64,000 bases of DNA from Dudresnaya verticillata (GCA_977862235.1 OZ374562.1:1240001-1304000); one strand, 5' to 3'. Shown: positions 13,255 through 25,456, counted from the stretch's first letter. Translations and numbers: made by a program. The notes: generated by a model not told the origin, from the sequence alone.

Positions 13255-13514
13255 GTCGTTGACGTCTATCGTATATCCCTCGCCTGGGGCGTTGCAACTT
13301 GATCGTCATCGACGTCGTTTGCCTTTGGCATCGCCATTGGCGCAGCAGTCAAACGTCGTTGACGCGGGTTTCCTTCTCTCGCCTAAGGCGTCGCAACAGT
13401 AGTCGTCTTCGACGTCGTTTGCTTTTGGCATCGCCATTGGCGCAGCAGCTGAACGTCGTCGACGTGGGTTTGGTTTCCTCGTCTAGGGCGTTACAACAGT
13501 AATCGTCTTCGACG
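13255..13514. repeat. ~100-bp tandem repeat (about 2.5 copies) in the leader of the gypsy B antisense ORF
   Basis: ctcg.ct.gggcgt..caac...a.tcgtc.tcgacg recurs at 13279, 13378 and 13478; tttggcatcgccattggcgcagcag occurs twice. Confidence 0.85.
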
Positions 13515-13755
13515 CACGCTTCTTGAAGCTTTCGCCAGTGGCGCAGGACACGATTCATCTTTGACGTTCGTACAAGCATCGCCTTTAGCGTTAACATATT
13601 CTCGTCGTTGACGTCATGCCGATGTTCAATGGCATGCAGGTGGCAGCACCTTCGGCTGCGCCGGTGTACGCTTCGCCGGTCGACTTCGTCGGAAAGAACC
13701 CTCGCGATCACACGCGCACTTCTTCGCGCGGGCCCCCTGGTTCGACCAGGAGGCC

Positions 13756-15816
13756 TTGCGCGAGGAAGAATTAGTTGCTCATTACGCTACTAGCGGTTTC
13801 TTGCCGGGGGGCTTGCCCCTCGGCGTCGTCTGGACGTTGGAATGGAAGTTACGCTGTGCCGTTCCTGCGGAATGGCTTTGGGTGCGAGCGGGACAGTCGC
13901 GTGCGGACGTCCACGCGCAGTTCGTCTCAGACGTGTATCGTCGCTTCACGCGTTATCCGGGGTCGACGTTAACGCCGCCCCTGTTCAACTATGATGCGGG
14001 ACAATACCGCACAGCCGGCGAAGCCGAATATGGTGCTCGTCTTGGGACGCTGTCGCTCAAACATGTGAGCGTGTCGATTGAGCCTCGTGTGTTGGGAGAG
14101 GCCTACCTCTTAGGCGTACGCTTGAAAGCGGATTTTCGTTACCTGCATCGTACGGGTACGTTCTTTTGGGAGCGTTGTATCCGGTGGGAGTGCGAGACGC
14201 GTCGCCGAAAGGGCGTATTCGTGCCTTACCAGGACATGCAGGCTGACCGCATTGAGTGTAGTAAGTTGCCGTTTTGTTTCATGAAGGTACCGCCAGTGTG
14301 GCGCGAGTTTGAGATATACGAGGGTTTCTCCGTAGAGCTTCCCCCGTGTGTCACGTATCTCGATTCCGAGCTGATGACCGACCCATACTCCAGGTACTGG
14401 ATCGTGTTTTACACGGAGTGGGTCGCCAATGTGGCGTATGCGTGGTTATGGGAGGTGTATGACACCTTCCGTATGTACCACTTACTCCCGCGTGTGGTGG
14501 CGCAGCTGGGCAGCCTCGACTTAGTCGAAGTATTTGGCGGGTCCCGGAACGCCGAGGAGTTCTGTAACCTGCGCGCGGTGGCGGATGAGATTGACTGGAA
14601 CGACCCGGCAATGGTGCCGTATGCAAACAACGTTGCGGAGCGCCATCGCAAAACGGACCGCTTCACCCCGGGTAATCACCCGCGTGGTTTGCGTAAGAGC
14701 TGCGACTTTGTCGGTGATTTTCCTCCGCATCTGAGCGCCTTAATGGCCGAGGAGGATGCGTTTAACGCCGATGGCGGACCGGAGAACCCGTCTGGGACGG
14801 ACATTACTACGCCTATGGCGGTTGAGTCGACTGCCGAGCCTGCGCCCGCGTCTTCGGCTTTGCCCGGAGGCGCCGTCGGTGGCGGTGGAGTGCCAGCTGG
14901 CCTGCCAGCTGTTGCTCCTCTGGACCTTGCGGCTCCCGTCGCTGACGATGATGGCGATGCCGTTATGGCGACGCCAATACTTGAGCCGGCTCCGCCGACC
15001 GTGACCCCTCAAGGCGAAGCATCAAACGTCGCAGACGGTTCTGGGGGTCCGGCTCCGGTGCCGGTTTGGACCGAAGAGCAGCGCCGCACCGTGCTTGCGT
15101 TATTGCAGGCGGCGGGCGTCGCTACTAGCGGTCTGAGCGGCTCACCCACTGAGTGGATGAGCCAAGCTTTGTCGGCTGCGGTCCCACCTCAGGGTGGGCC
15201 CGCGCCGAAGTCGACTAGTATCGTAGGTTCTGCGTCGAAGGACGGTGTGGCAGAGAAGCCTTCGTCGCCTAAGGCGAATGGTCCGGCGTCTAAGGATGTG
15301 AGTATGACTGTACCGCCTGCGGCGAGCGAGGCGAATGCCACTGTAGCGTCGTCGACGGTTCAAGAGGGGCTAAGTGCTCCTGCGTCATTGACGGGTGTCG
15401 GGTTAACAACGCCGAAGGCGAGTGAAGAAGCGACGCCAACCAAGGCGGTTTCTGAATTGACGCCAAAGGCGGTCGACGAGTCGTTGAGTACGCTTAAAGC
15501 GGGTGGGGCTGTGCCCGCGCCTATGGCGAATGGTAACTTAGGCTCTGCGCCTGTGGCGGGTGTTATTGCTTCATCGCCTTCGGCGGATATTGTCGCGACG
15601 ACGCCCAAGGCGATCGATGAGTCTCCCACTTCGCCTGCGGCGCCTGTTGCAGCCACTCCGGCAGTTGCGGTGACAAGGCCTTTGCGGTCCGCCCCGGCTC
15701 CTGCCGTGAGTGTGCCGTCAACGACGGAGGACGACCTCTACGAAGAGGCGTTGCGTGAGTTCGCCGAAGGCGCTGGGGACGTGCCATCCGATTCGTCTGC
15801 GACGAAGGAGTCTTGA
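13756..15816 (+). CDS. Antisense accessory protein of gypsy B (conserved ~330-aa N-terminal domain plus Ala/Pro/Ser/Thr-rich acidic tail)
   Basis: 686 open codons antisense to pol, between IN and the 3' LTR; homologous to ORFs at the same position in C and D. No in-frame upstream ATG; the likely start is ATG 13616 (MPMFNGMQVAAP), out of frame by one indel. Confidence 0.8.
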   Translation: MREEELVAHYATSGFLPGGLPLGVVWTLEWKLRCAVPAEWLWVRAGQSRADVHAQFVSDVYRRFTRYPGSTLTPPLFNYDAGQYRTAGEAEYGARLGTLSLKHVSVSIEPRVLGEAYLLGVRLKADFRYLHRTGTFFWERCIRWECETRRRKGVFVPYQDMQADRIECSKLPFCFMKVPPVWREFEIYEGFSVELPPCVTYLDSELMTDPYSRYWIVFYTEWVANVAYAWLWEVYDTFRMYHLLPRVVAQLGSLDLVEVFGGSRNAEEFCNLRAVADEIDWNDPAMVPYANNVAERHRKTDRFTPGNHPRGLRKSCDFVGDFPPHLSALMAEEDAFNADGGPENPSGTDITTPMAVESTAEPAPASSALPGGAVGGGGVPAGLPAVAPLDLAAPVADDDGDAVMATPILEPAPPTVTPQGEASNVADGSGGPAPVPVWTEEQRRTVLALLQAAGVATSGLSGSPTEWMSQALSAAVPPQGGPAPKSTSIVGSASKDGVAEKPSSPKANGPASKDVSMTVPPAASEANATVASSTVQEGLSAPASLTGVGLTTPKASEEATPTKAVSELTPKAVDESLSTLKAGGAVPAPMANGNLGSAPVAGVIASSPSADIVATTPKAIDESPTSPAAPVAATPAVAVTRPLRSAPAPAVSVPSTTEDDLYEEALREFAEGAGDVPSDSSATKES

Positions 15817-17117
15817 TGTCGTTTCAGGAACGGATAGCGGACGCGAGGTGCGTATTGTGTTGCCGTTCGGCTCCCTTGCAGGAGCGACGAGCGGAGTATT
15901 CCCCTTCGTCTTTGACGATTAATGTAGCTGTAGTGGTCGATCGCTAGGGCGAGGGGTTGTCCCCATTTGTCTTTAGCCCAGTAAACTTCGGCCATTGTCA
16001 GCGTCTTTGTGTGTCGCGTTTCGCGTTGGCCTTAGGGTGTAACCTTGTGCTCCACTTTCGACTTTGCGTCGTGTTCTTAGTTGTCCGCTACAGTAGCGTT
16101 GGCGTTTGATGCCTATAGCCTTGGCCGTGCGTTGGCACTTGGCTGTGTTTGTCCAGTAGGGTCCGCTGTAGTAGCGTTGTTCTTCGTGTTTCACGCGTGG
16201 CGTTGTCGTATTTCCGCTTACTTAGCGTTTTTTTGTAGTTCATGTGTCGCACTGCGCCTTGGGCGTGGTTTGTTGGGTCACTGCGCCTTGGGCGTGGTTC
16301 GTCGGCGTCCTCGACGACGGTCGCGAAGGCGGTGAGGTAGGTTTTGACGCTTTGGCGTTGCCGCCCCTTTCGTCTTCGACGTTCCTCGTTGTGGGTAGGG
16401 TAGAGTTGTCGGTCGCGCTCGCGCGACTGCGCGGCGGCTGCAGGCAGCGGCGGAGTCGTTGGCGATTTGTTGGCGCGTCGTGCACGGAACCCGCAGCAAC
16501 TGCGTCTTCGACCACCTCCCCCCCTTCGGGGGTGGGTTTGTCGGTGCGCCCCTTCTCGGAGAGTTACGTCGGAGACGTTCGATGGGTCTGGCGCGCGAGA
16601 CCGTGGCCGGCAGGGTGGCGGTCCCAGGGAATCGGCCGTGGGGCGAGGCACGTCTCGACGTCGGAGACGATTGTCGTGCGCTGCCACTTTGCGCCTGTCG
16701 TCGCTGGGGCTCGTAGCACCTGCTCAGCCACTTGACATAATTGCGTTCGTCGTGCGTTGACGGCGGAGTGGTGCGCGCTGCCGTGTTTGGAAATTAAAAT
16801 TGGGCCAATTACTGCCTCATATTACCCGAGGGTCGCCGGCGGCGGATCTCGATTTGCGATCTGGATCCACTGTCAACAGCGCACCCATCTAGAAGTTCCG
16901 TATGGGGGCTGCTGCGAGGTGGCGTGCGCGAGGCTGTCTATGACGCAACGACTTTCGTCCGCGTTCGTCCATGGCGTGCACGCGTGGTTGGCGCTGTCGC
17001 TCCGGCGACCGCGTCCACAGGGCATGGGTTGAGCTTCCGCGCCGTTGGCGATCGTAGGTCGAGCACGTGGGCTCGATCGTCCGTCCATTCGCTTCCAGCG
17101 GTATTTCTGGACTAGGG

Positions 17118-20100
17118 TTAGCCGCGTTGCGCGTCGTCGACGTTTGGCGGCAGCTGCATACGTTTGCGACGGTGGTATCGTGTGACGTGGGAGTATGGCA
17201 AACTGGAGACTGGCTCCCAGGTGTTCGCTGAAGCGGGGTATCCAAACCACTTGACGCGGTAGAGGATCTCATCATCATCCGCGTATGCGTGCGACTCTAT
17301 GCGTTCAATCACATATTATTTTCCGCTCACAGCGTTCGGCTTGGGCGTGGACCTGTCCAGCGCCTTTGCCGGTTTGTCTCGTTGCGTGATGGGCGTCTGT
17401 TCCGGCTCGGCGAAGCGTACTCGACGAGTTGATCGCCGAAGGCGTTGGCCTTGGGCCTCGGACGCTCGATCAGCGGTCAGTGGATTGTTGCGTCTTGAGA
17501 CGAGTTCATCGCTTGCAGCGCCTTGCTTCGTGCTTGCACGGTTAACGTCGTCGTTATCGGACGCGCTTTCAGCGGAGTCATTGTTCTCATTCGGCGGTGC
17601 CGTAGCGACGTGTTCCAAACGGGTGCGAACCCCTGGGGTACTGTCGTCGTTGGAGACGGATTGCGAAGCGCGGTCGTTGGGATCGGCGGCGAAGGGCGAA
17701 ATCTCTGCCAACCCACGGCTGCGTGACGCGGCGATCGTACGCTCTTGCGGATCTGTCGCAGTATGCGAAGTGTCTGCGTCCTCTTCCGGGTCCGCTGGCG
17801 GCGTGCTTGGGGTAGTCGTCCCTTCGTCGTGTGACGTGGGGGCGACTGCTCCCTGCTCCTCATGCGGGCCTGGTGGTACGATGATTGGAGGGGCCGCCTG
17901 ACCCGGTGGGGTCGGCGCCCAGACCACGCGGTCTCGGGACAAACGTTCCCGCTCATCACGTCCCTTGTCGACGGTTACTGTCTCGTTATCAACGTGAGTT
18001 ACCCGGTATGGTCCGTCCGCCACTGGCGCCAGCTTATGCTTACGCTCTGCGTGATCCGTGCTCCCGCCTCGGGCGAAGTATTCCTTACGTACGAATACGA
18101 AGTCGCCTGCGGCGATTGTTTCCTTCGATTTCCTTAATCGGGTATCGAAGTTTCGTTTGTAACGTGCTTGAGTTTTCTCTAACGACGCTTTAGCGGTTCC
18201 CATCAGTGCGGCCAGCCAGGTTCGCCACTTGGTGTAGTATTGCCCCGCGGTGGGTACGCTTTTGAGCGACGGTTCCTCTTCGAGCGACAATGGTCGTGGT
18301 GGCTTCGACAGCACCAATTCGAATGGAGCGAGATGCGTAGACGAATGCAACTGTGTGTTGAATGCGAACGTCAGGGCATCCGTGAACAGGTCCCAGTCTC
18401 TCGGATGATCCGCAACGTAGTGACGCAGCGAGGCCAGGATAGTTCGATTGAATCGTTCTACCTGGCCATTGCATTGCGGATGGTACGTCGTGGTGAAGAG
18501 ATTCTCCACTCACAAAAGACGGCAGATATCCTGAAACAGCTTAGCCACGAACTGTGGTCCGTTGTCGGACAACAGTTTCTTGGGGGGGCCGTACCCGAAG
18601 ACCCAATGTCGTACAAACGCCTTAGCGATTCCCAATGCCGTAATACTGCGCAGTGGGACCGTCCGGACCAGCTTCGAGAAGCGGTCCACAATGACGAGTA
18701 GGAACTTGTTTCCTCGCTTCGTGCGTATGAGTTCGCCCAGGATGTCGATCGATACAAACTCGAGAGGCTCGGTTGCCGGGAACAACTTCAATTGCTTGGT
18801 GTTCTTTCGTAGTAATACGCGATTCTTAGCGCAAGTTACGCAGTTGCGGACGGTCGCATAGCAGTCCACTGGCATCGATGGCCAATAGTATTCGCGTCGA
18901 AGCGTATGATACAACTTACGCCCCCCTGGGTGCCCTGCCAACTTGGCGTGGTGCCGGAGGTGGAGTAAGCGAGCGCGTAACGCGGAGGGTACGACCACTT
19001 GCGGACGGACTTCCACTGTTCGGACCAACAGGCCCTGTTTATCCGTTGCGAACGGCAATATGATTCCGTCATCCAGACGTTTCTTGACATCGTTACAGTA
19101 CTTGTCATCGCCTTGGGTGTGTACCAACTCCTCATGCGTCACTTGACGAAGGAGTACCTCGTCCGCCGGTGGCGTGTTGTTGATCAACACTTGGTCGAAC
19201 TCTTCGAACTCTCGTTCGGCAAAGTCGACCTCGCCTTCGGCGTCTGACAGATCGTCCTGTGACGTTTGATGGTCGTCTTCGACGTAGCTTCCGTGATAGC
19301 ACGGTATATCATCGTCAATGGGCTCGACGGTTTCTCCCTTCGTCTGTAGACGCGAAAGGGCATCTGCCTGGGTATTCAGGTACCCCTTTTTGTACTTCAC
19401 GACAAAGTCGAACTCGGAAAGGCGAAGGCGCCACTGCATTAACCGTCCAGAGGGGTCGCTGATTTCCATCAGCCACCTCAACGACGAATGGTCCGTATGG
19501 ACTGTGAACGACTCCATCTGGAGGTAAGGTCGCAGCGTCATGATGGACCATATTACTGCGAGGCACTCCTTCTCGGAGACCGAGTAGTTACGCTCTGGAG
19601 CGGTGAGCGAGCGGGACCAGAAGCCGAGCGGCTTACGTTCCCCGTCGGGCTGCGTCTGAAAGAGAGCGCAGCCGACCTGATACTCGCTTGTGTCACAATC
19701 GACGGAATAGGGGAGACCCTGTTGTGGTAGCGCCAGTATAGGCGGATGAGTCACGGCCTCGATGAGCGTACTGAACGCTTTGGCTTGCGTCTCATCAAAC
19801 GGTTGTAACCGGAAGTCCTGTTCCTCCCTCAGCAACTTGTTGAGGGGGGCAGCGACATGCGTGTATCGCGAGACGAACCGTCTGTAGACGTTACAAAGAC
19901 CGAGAAAACTCCGTAGCTCCTTCTGATCCCGTGGATGCTTGGCTTCGCGTAGCGCGGCAGTGACAGTTCGGTCAACTTCTAACCGTCCTGGACTTATGAC
20001 GTGTCCTAAGTAGTTGACGGTCGGGGTGAAGAAGTCATACTTGGTCAACGTCAGAGTCACCCCGGCGCGGTGCAATGTCTAAAGTATCTCGTCGACATGA

Positions 20101-21850
20101 CGGAAGTGACTGTCGATGTCGCTGGAGAAGATTATTACGTCATCGAGGTAGACGAGGCACGAACGCAACTTGTAACCAGCGAGCAGTATGTCCAACGTTC
20201 GCTGAAACGTAGCGGGTGCGTTCGTGAGACCGAATGGCATACGCTTATAGCGGAACAGTCCGGCGTGGCACGTGAACGCAGTCTTATCGCGGTCTCGCGG
20301 ATTGATCGGCACTTGCCAGTACCCACTGTTACAGTCTAGGGTGGTGAAGACGTTTGCTTCCCGTAGACTGTCGATTCATTCGTCGATACGCGGCAGCGGG
20401 TACGTGTCCCGTATGGTCACTGCGTTTAAACGACGGTAGTCCACGCAAAAGCGGAGGGTCCCATCCTTCTTGGGGGCGAAGACCACTGGTGACGCCCACG
20501 GCGATTGAGCGGGTTCGATAACCCCTTGACGCAGCATGCGGTCCACTTCCGCTTGAGCGAGTTGTCTTTGCTTCGGCCCCGCTCGGTAGGGCGGGGACGA
20601 TATTGGTCTAGAGCCGGGAAGCAAGTCGATGTAGAGCTCCGTGGTTGAGATTTCTCCCAACGACCCGTCCCACATAGACGAATACTTGCGCAACATCTCA
20701 TTGAGCCGGCCTTGATGCTCGGCGGGGAGATGTCCCAGGTCTAAATCGTCTACTGACGGAGGTGTGGCAGTGGTTGCCTCGATAGACTTCGTGAAAGTAT
20801 CCGGCTGTGCCGCAGTGTTATCGTTCGTTTGAAAACGGAAATCTTGGTTTCCCTTCTCTTCCTCGGCTTGTTCCTCTGTGAGGCCCAAAACATCGGCTAG
20901 ACTTACGTGACTGGGGAACACTGCTGTCGGATGTGGTAACGCTGTTGCGACGACTTGGCCCTTGGCTAACGCCTGCGGGCGGGGAGAGAAGTTGGCAACC
21001 AGAATGCGAAACGCTTTTAGTGGCTCCACTTGAGCAATCCCGTTCGTAACGGCCAGACCTTGTTTGCCGTACAGCGTTCCGAACGGTTGAATTGTGATGA
21101 TGCCGGCGCGCTCGGTGGTCACCGATACCCATTGCTGCGCCTTAGGTGGGATGATCGCGCGCTCGGCAACTCGGATCTTGGGCGACGTCCTCCCTTCGGC
21201 CTTGCCGTATTCCTGTTCCGTTGGTAACGGAGGATACGACGGGGGTCGGCGCAGCGGGCGGCGCGTTATAGGGACACGAGTCCCGTCATCCAATTCAACC
21301 TCGCGACTTCGCGGATATATTGCTTCGACAAAGCGGTCGCAAAAGTCGCAGCCGAGTATAACCGGCGCAGCGAGTCGTTCGCAAACGATCAGTTCCAACT
21401 TGACGACTCTCCATCCTAGACGAACGACCAGGTCGATGGTGCCTCTTGTCTGGATCGCCTTGTTGTTGGCGTCGGCTATGACGGGGAGGCTCTTTGCCAC
21501 GATGCGCGATCGCGCTTCCAGCGGAATATCGTCAATGCGAATGAAATTCGGACCAGCCCCCGTGTCGAGGACAGTGAGTTTACGTGCCAAGGTACTAACG
21601 GCTACGCCCAAGTCGGCGTACACCTTATAGTTCCTTTTGGCCATTACGAACAACTGTCCTCGCGCCTGTGGGGGTTGGTACCTTCGCCATGGGCGTTTTA
21701 ATGACGTCTGTGACGACTCTATCCACCCGTCGGCGTCATCAGTAACTAACTTCGGGCCCTCCTTCCGTGTCAGCACCCGAGGCCTAGGCCTCTCTTCGCG
21801 GTGCGACACCCCAGTGTCAGGATTTGGTGCCCGAGTTAGTTTTTCGCCTG
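17118..21850 (-). pseudogene. pol: Gypsy B pol (PR-RT-RH-IN-chromodomain) with 4 in-frame stops
   Basis: [62 protein letters not shown]-x6-H...CVTC, DNGPQF, NGQVERFN, GPY; chromodomain YRVKWFGY...NTWEP. Stops at ~20376, 20079, 18510 and 17316. Confidence 0.95.
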
Positions 21851-24400
21851 CGGCGGTGGTTGCGGCGCTACATAGCGGTTGATCATCGTCGGGTGACGTT
21901 CGGCCGCGTGCGGCATGGGTCCGCCCCGTGGCGATTGTGGTCGTGCAGCATGGCGAGCAGCGTCGCGAGTCGCGCGTTCCTTGCAACGTACATACGCATC
22001 AGCGGGGACACCAGCCTTCTCGGCCTCGGTTAGTCCTTCATAGTTGGTAATAACCTTCATGAAGTCGCTCATGCGGAGGAAGCAGTCCGGCGCGATGTGT
22101 CCGCGGGCGTAGCATTGGTGGCATACCAGCTGCCGACGCGCGTCTTGACGGGGCGGGCCTCTGTCCTGCCATCCGGGCCTTGCTCGGTGAACGTGAGGAG
22201 CATGCTCGGAATAGGGGACGCGTGGCGCGGGTACGACCGAGCGCCCAAAGGCGAGAGCAGGGTCCATACCCCTTTCGTCCTCGTCATCGACGTAACTGTC
22301 CGTCGGTAGAGCCGAGGTTGGCACCGACGCTTGCTTGTCTGCGAATTACAGATCACCTTCGGCGTGTGTTTCCATGTCATCGACAGGGCGGCTAACGTCT
22401 CGAAACTCGACGGAGGACTCCGCTATCATAGCGCGCGCTCCAGGTTTGGCGCCTCTCGTCTGTGGACGTAGTACCCCTCGTGCATGGCCGATGGCGGATC
22501 GCGGTGTGCGTACGGCTTGAGCCGGTGTCAGTAAGTCGCGTCGTGTTGACGTGGAACCGGCTCTGCCGTGTTGTGCGCGGTTGGCATCCCCTTCGTCCTG
22601 TGCGAAGTGGACCAGCCGCTCAAATGACAACTCCGCCCTTGGCGTTTCTTCTCGGAAGCGAGCGACCAGGGACCTGATCGACGGGTCTAACCCGTCGATG
22701 TACAGCGTCATCTTTTCCCAATCGGGATATACGTTACCGCAACGAATACACGCACCGGCTAGCCGCATCCCATAGGTCGTCTCGTCCTCGCCTTGCTTTT
22801 GGCCAGTCGACCGTAGGGCGAGGACAGCGTCCCTGATCGCCGCTGGCGTAGCATACGTACGGAGGAGGTACTGTAACGCCTCCGGATACGAAGACACACC
22901 GCCGCGTTGGCGAGAAGACGTCGACTTGACGGAGCGGAATTGCGTGGCTGCCGTACCTCGCAAGAAGTACGGCAGCGCGACGAACGCTTGGGCTTCGCTC
23001 ATCTCCAGCGTATCGGATTCATCCGCGTAACGCGTCAGAAACTCGAGCACCATGACGGGGTCGCTGCCGTTGAAGGCGGCGTCCTTCATGGTCAGCTCCA
23101 AGCGCTTGATATGGTCTTTGACCTTACCCGTGTCGCGCCCTGAGCGTTTTTGCCCTACATCTTTGAGACGGTACGTCCTGTACGATAATAACTGATCGAA
23201 AAGGGGGTTGGAGGGGCGTAGCTCCTTCAACCCCTTGAACCGCTTTCCGCGAGGTCTTGCGGCACTGCCGAGAGTTGGAAAATCGTCGTCTTCAGACGAG
23301 GCGTCTGATGACTCTTCGTCACTTGACTAGTCCGAAGAGGACGAGGATGAGTCCCCTCGTCGATGACGATTCTTCTTCCGTCTCTGACGCAGCTTGCGTC
23401 GGCATTTCTTCCGATCCTTACATCTGTGACGATCTTCGCATGAGCTCTCGTCACCCGACGGTGGACCATTGCGCCACTTGGCGGTTTCGAGACATTCTAA
23501 GCGATTCGCAAGTCGCTGAAAGCGTTCGCGTGAGCTAAGCTCAGAATGCGAATGAACCGTTACTGCCGGCGGTGGTTGTGTACCCTCGCCTTGGGCGGTT
23601 TGGTTCGTCAATAGACGGTCGAGGTCGGATCGAAGCCCTTGTAGGCCACCGTTCCGAAACTCTTCCAACGTCTGTAGACGACGTGCGATTCCTCCGACAC
23701 TGTCGTCTAGTAACCCGGCGAATCTAGCGAGCATCGCATCGTCCTCCAAGACGCACACCTCTCGGATCCGTTCGCGTGGTATCGTTAAGTTACTCACGCG
23801 GACGGCCGAGGGTGACGCCGTTGGCGGTTGGCTTTCGCGGTTTGACCGGTCGGGTGTCCCTTGCGCCTTTTGACTTGGCGAATTCGGCTTAGCCGGCGAA
23901 CAACCGGCACTGCCGTGGGGAGTGGGGCAACATGCCCCTTGTATCAATGGTTCGTCAGCGACGTTGCGCTCCGCGGAGTGCTCTTGATCGTAGTTGACGG
24001 GGATGGTTGGTTGATCCGGAAGTTCCGGTTGTCCCGCGACGATGTCGGCTTGTGTTCCGTCTACGACGTCCTGTTGCTCGGCTTGTACTGTATCAGCCGA
24101 GTCAACGTAGGAGCGGTAGGTGCGGAGGGCCGATCCCTCGGGGGCGGAGGTGCGGACGACGACGGGGTTGCGCGTCGGCGGGGGGGTAACTCTCCTCCGT
24201 TGAGCGACGCGTGGGAGCCTGCGTGGCCGTGGCCCGGGGGTAGCGTCGGGAACGCCGACGCTATCTCGGGACTCACGAGGCGCCCAGACCTCGTTGTCAT
24301 CCGCTGTAGCGACGTCTCTGACGCGGGTACACTCCCAGGCGTCGAAGACGGTCTTCTTGAACTTGGGCCTCGACGGCGGCGGCGGCGGTCGTGAGGCCAT
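21836..24400 (-). pseudogene. gag: Gypsy B gag with 2 in-frame stops
   Basis: One frame from ATG 24400, broken at 23327 and 22346; capsid-like ALPYFLRGTA and YIDGLDPSI; CCHC knuckle CHQCYARGHIAPDC; ends AKN-stop. Confidence 0.9.
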
Positions 24401-24509
24401 GATACAATCGTAGAGTTGCTTGAACGTCGTGGACGATTAGCGACAAACGTCACAAGACGGAGAGTCGGACGTCGCACGACGTAGTAACTCGTTGAAACGT
24501 AGCACAATT

Positions 24510-24527
24510 CTAGGTCGGGAGACCAGA
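24510..24527 (-). other. Primer-binding site of gypsy B (TGGTCTCCCGACCTAG)
   Basis: TGG begins 2 nt after the 5' LTR end; complementary to a tRNA ending ...GGGAGACCA (tRNA-Tyr-like by recollection, unverified). Confidence 0.7.
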
Positions 24528-25423
24528 TGTGGTGCAAAGCGTCCAGTGACGATAGACCGCCGAGCAGTTTGGGGCTCGGTGGGTAGCTGCGCCCTCGGCG
24601 GTAGGTAGTCCTGCCGTGGGCGACTTGGTGGTAGAGCAAAAGGGGCACGCCTTGGGCGGACTGTAAACGCCCGAGGCGGAAAGAGAGGGAAAAGGAAGAG
24701 AAAGGGAACACGTCAAGGACGATGGTAGACGTGGAAGCACGGGAGGTAGACGCTTAGCCGTAGGCAGCGGTAGGATACGCGCGTGCGGAACGGGGAAGTC
24801 TGGACCAAGGCCGGCTTGCCCGGGCGTTTACTGTGACGTCTGGGACGGCTTACCTAAGTATAGTACGGCGGCGCGGCGGCGTGCGTGTAGCGTGGGAACT
24901 CGGGACACGTGTCGTCCCGAGGCGCGTCTGACAGATCACGCGTCGCATGCAGCCGCGCGTCTGATAGATCGCCGTACAATCCCCTATGTGGGTGCTTACA
25001 CGTACACGTGGACGCGTGTGTCTTACAGCCGCGCGTGCGCGCGCACTGTAGAGCGTGTGCCTCAGATCTAATCTGGTACTTGTCCGATCCTGATCCCATC
25101 CGGATCGGGCCAGCAATGCTGATACCCGCAGCCTTACAGGCGCATACCTTACAGCTTAGGCGATCCAGATAGCCAATCTGGATGCCGGATCCGGATCGCA
25201 TCCGGATCCGCGCTACAGTGCCCCGGGGCGCCAAGTCGGCCCAGCACTGTACGGTGCCCGCGTGGCGCGCGGCTCGCAGTGCGCGCGCGCGCCTCAGCAA
25301 GCCTTCGATGACGTGTTCGCGCGCCAACGGCGGTGGTGAGCGCCGGTAGCGGTTTCTCCGTCGGTCGACGTATTTAGTCCGACCGCTTTCAGCGAAAAAG
25401 GGCTCGCCTCCCCTTGCACCACA
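24528..25423 (-). repeat. Gypsy B 5' LTR
   Basis: 896-bp direct repeat of 12114-13009 with TG...CA ends. Confidence 0.97.
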
Positions 25424-25456
25424 CTCACTGTACACCGTTCGCCGACGAATTCCATC

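Larger units (their letters stand above)
12114..25423 (-). mobile_element. Full-length Ty3/gypsy chromodomain-bearing element B with antisense accessory ORF
   Basis: 896-bp LTRs TGTGGTG...CACCACA at 12114-13009 and 24528-25423 (about 16 mismatches by eye); TSD CTCAC at 12109-12113 and 25424-25428; PBS and PPT present. Confidence 0.97.

Noticed and set aside
12440..13309. 289-aa ORF, and similar ORFs recurring at 24854-25435, 11611-11949/34074-34430 and 28444/34621
   Set aside because: They recur only because they lie in LTR copies; no protein-like features.
13756..15816. Interpretation as env, and lack of stops as proof of ongoing selection
   Set aside because: Antisense, with no signal peptide or TM anchor. 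Given about 6 stops in ~7 kb of gag-pol, zero stops in 2 kb is not significant, and the start appears frameshifted.
17316..23329. In-frame stops in gypsy B as programmed readthrough or an alternative genetic code
   Set aside because: Mixed TAA/TAG/TGA at unrelated positions, one replacing a conserved RT Cys; consistent with post-insertion decay.
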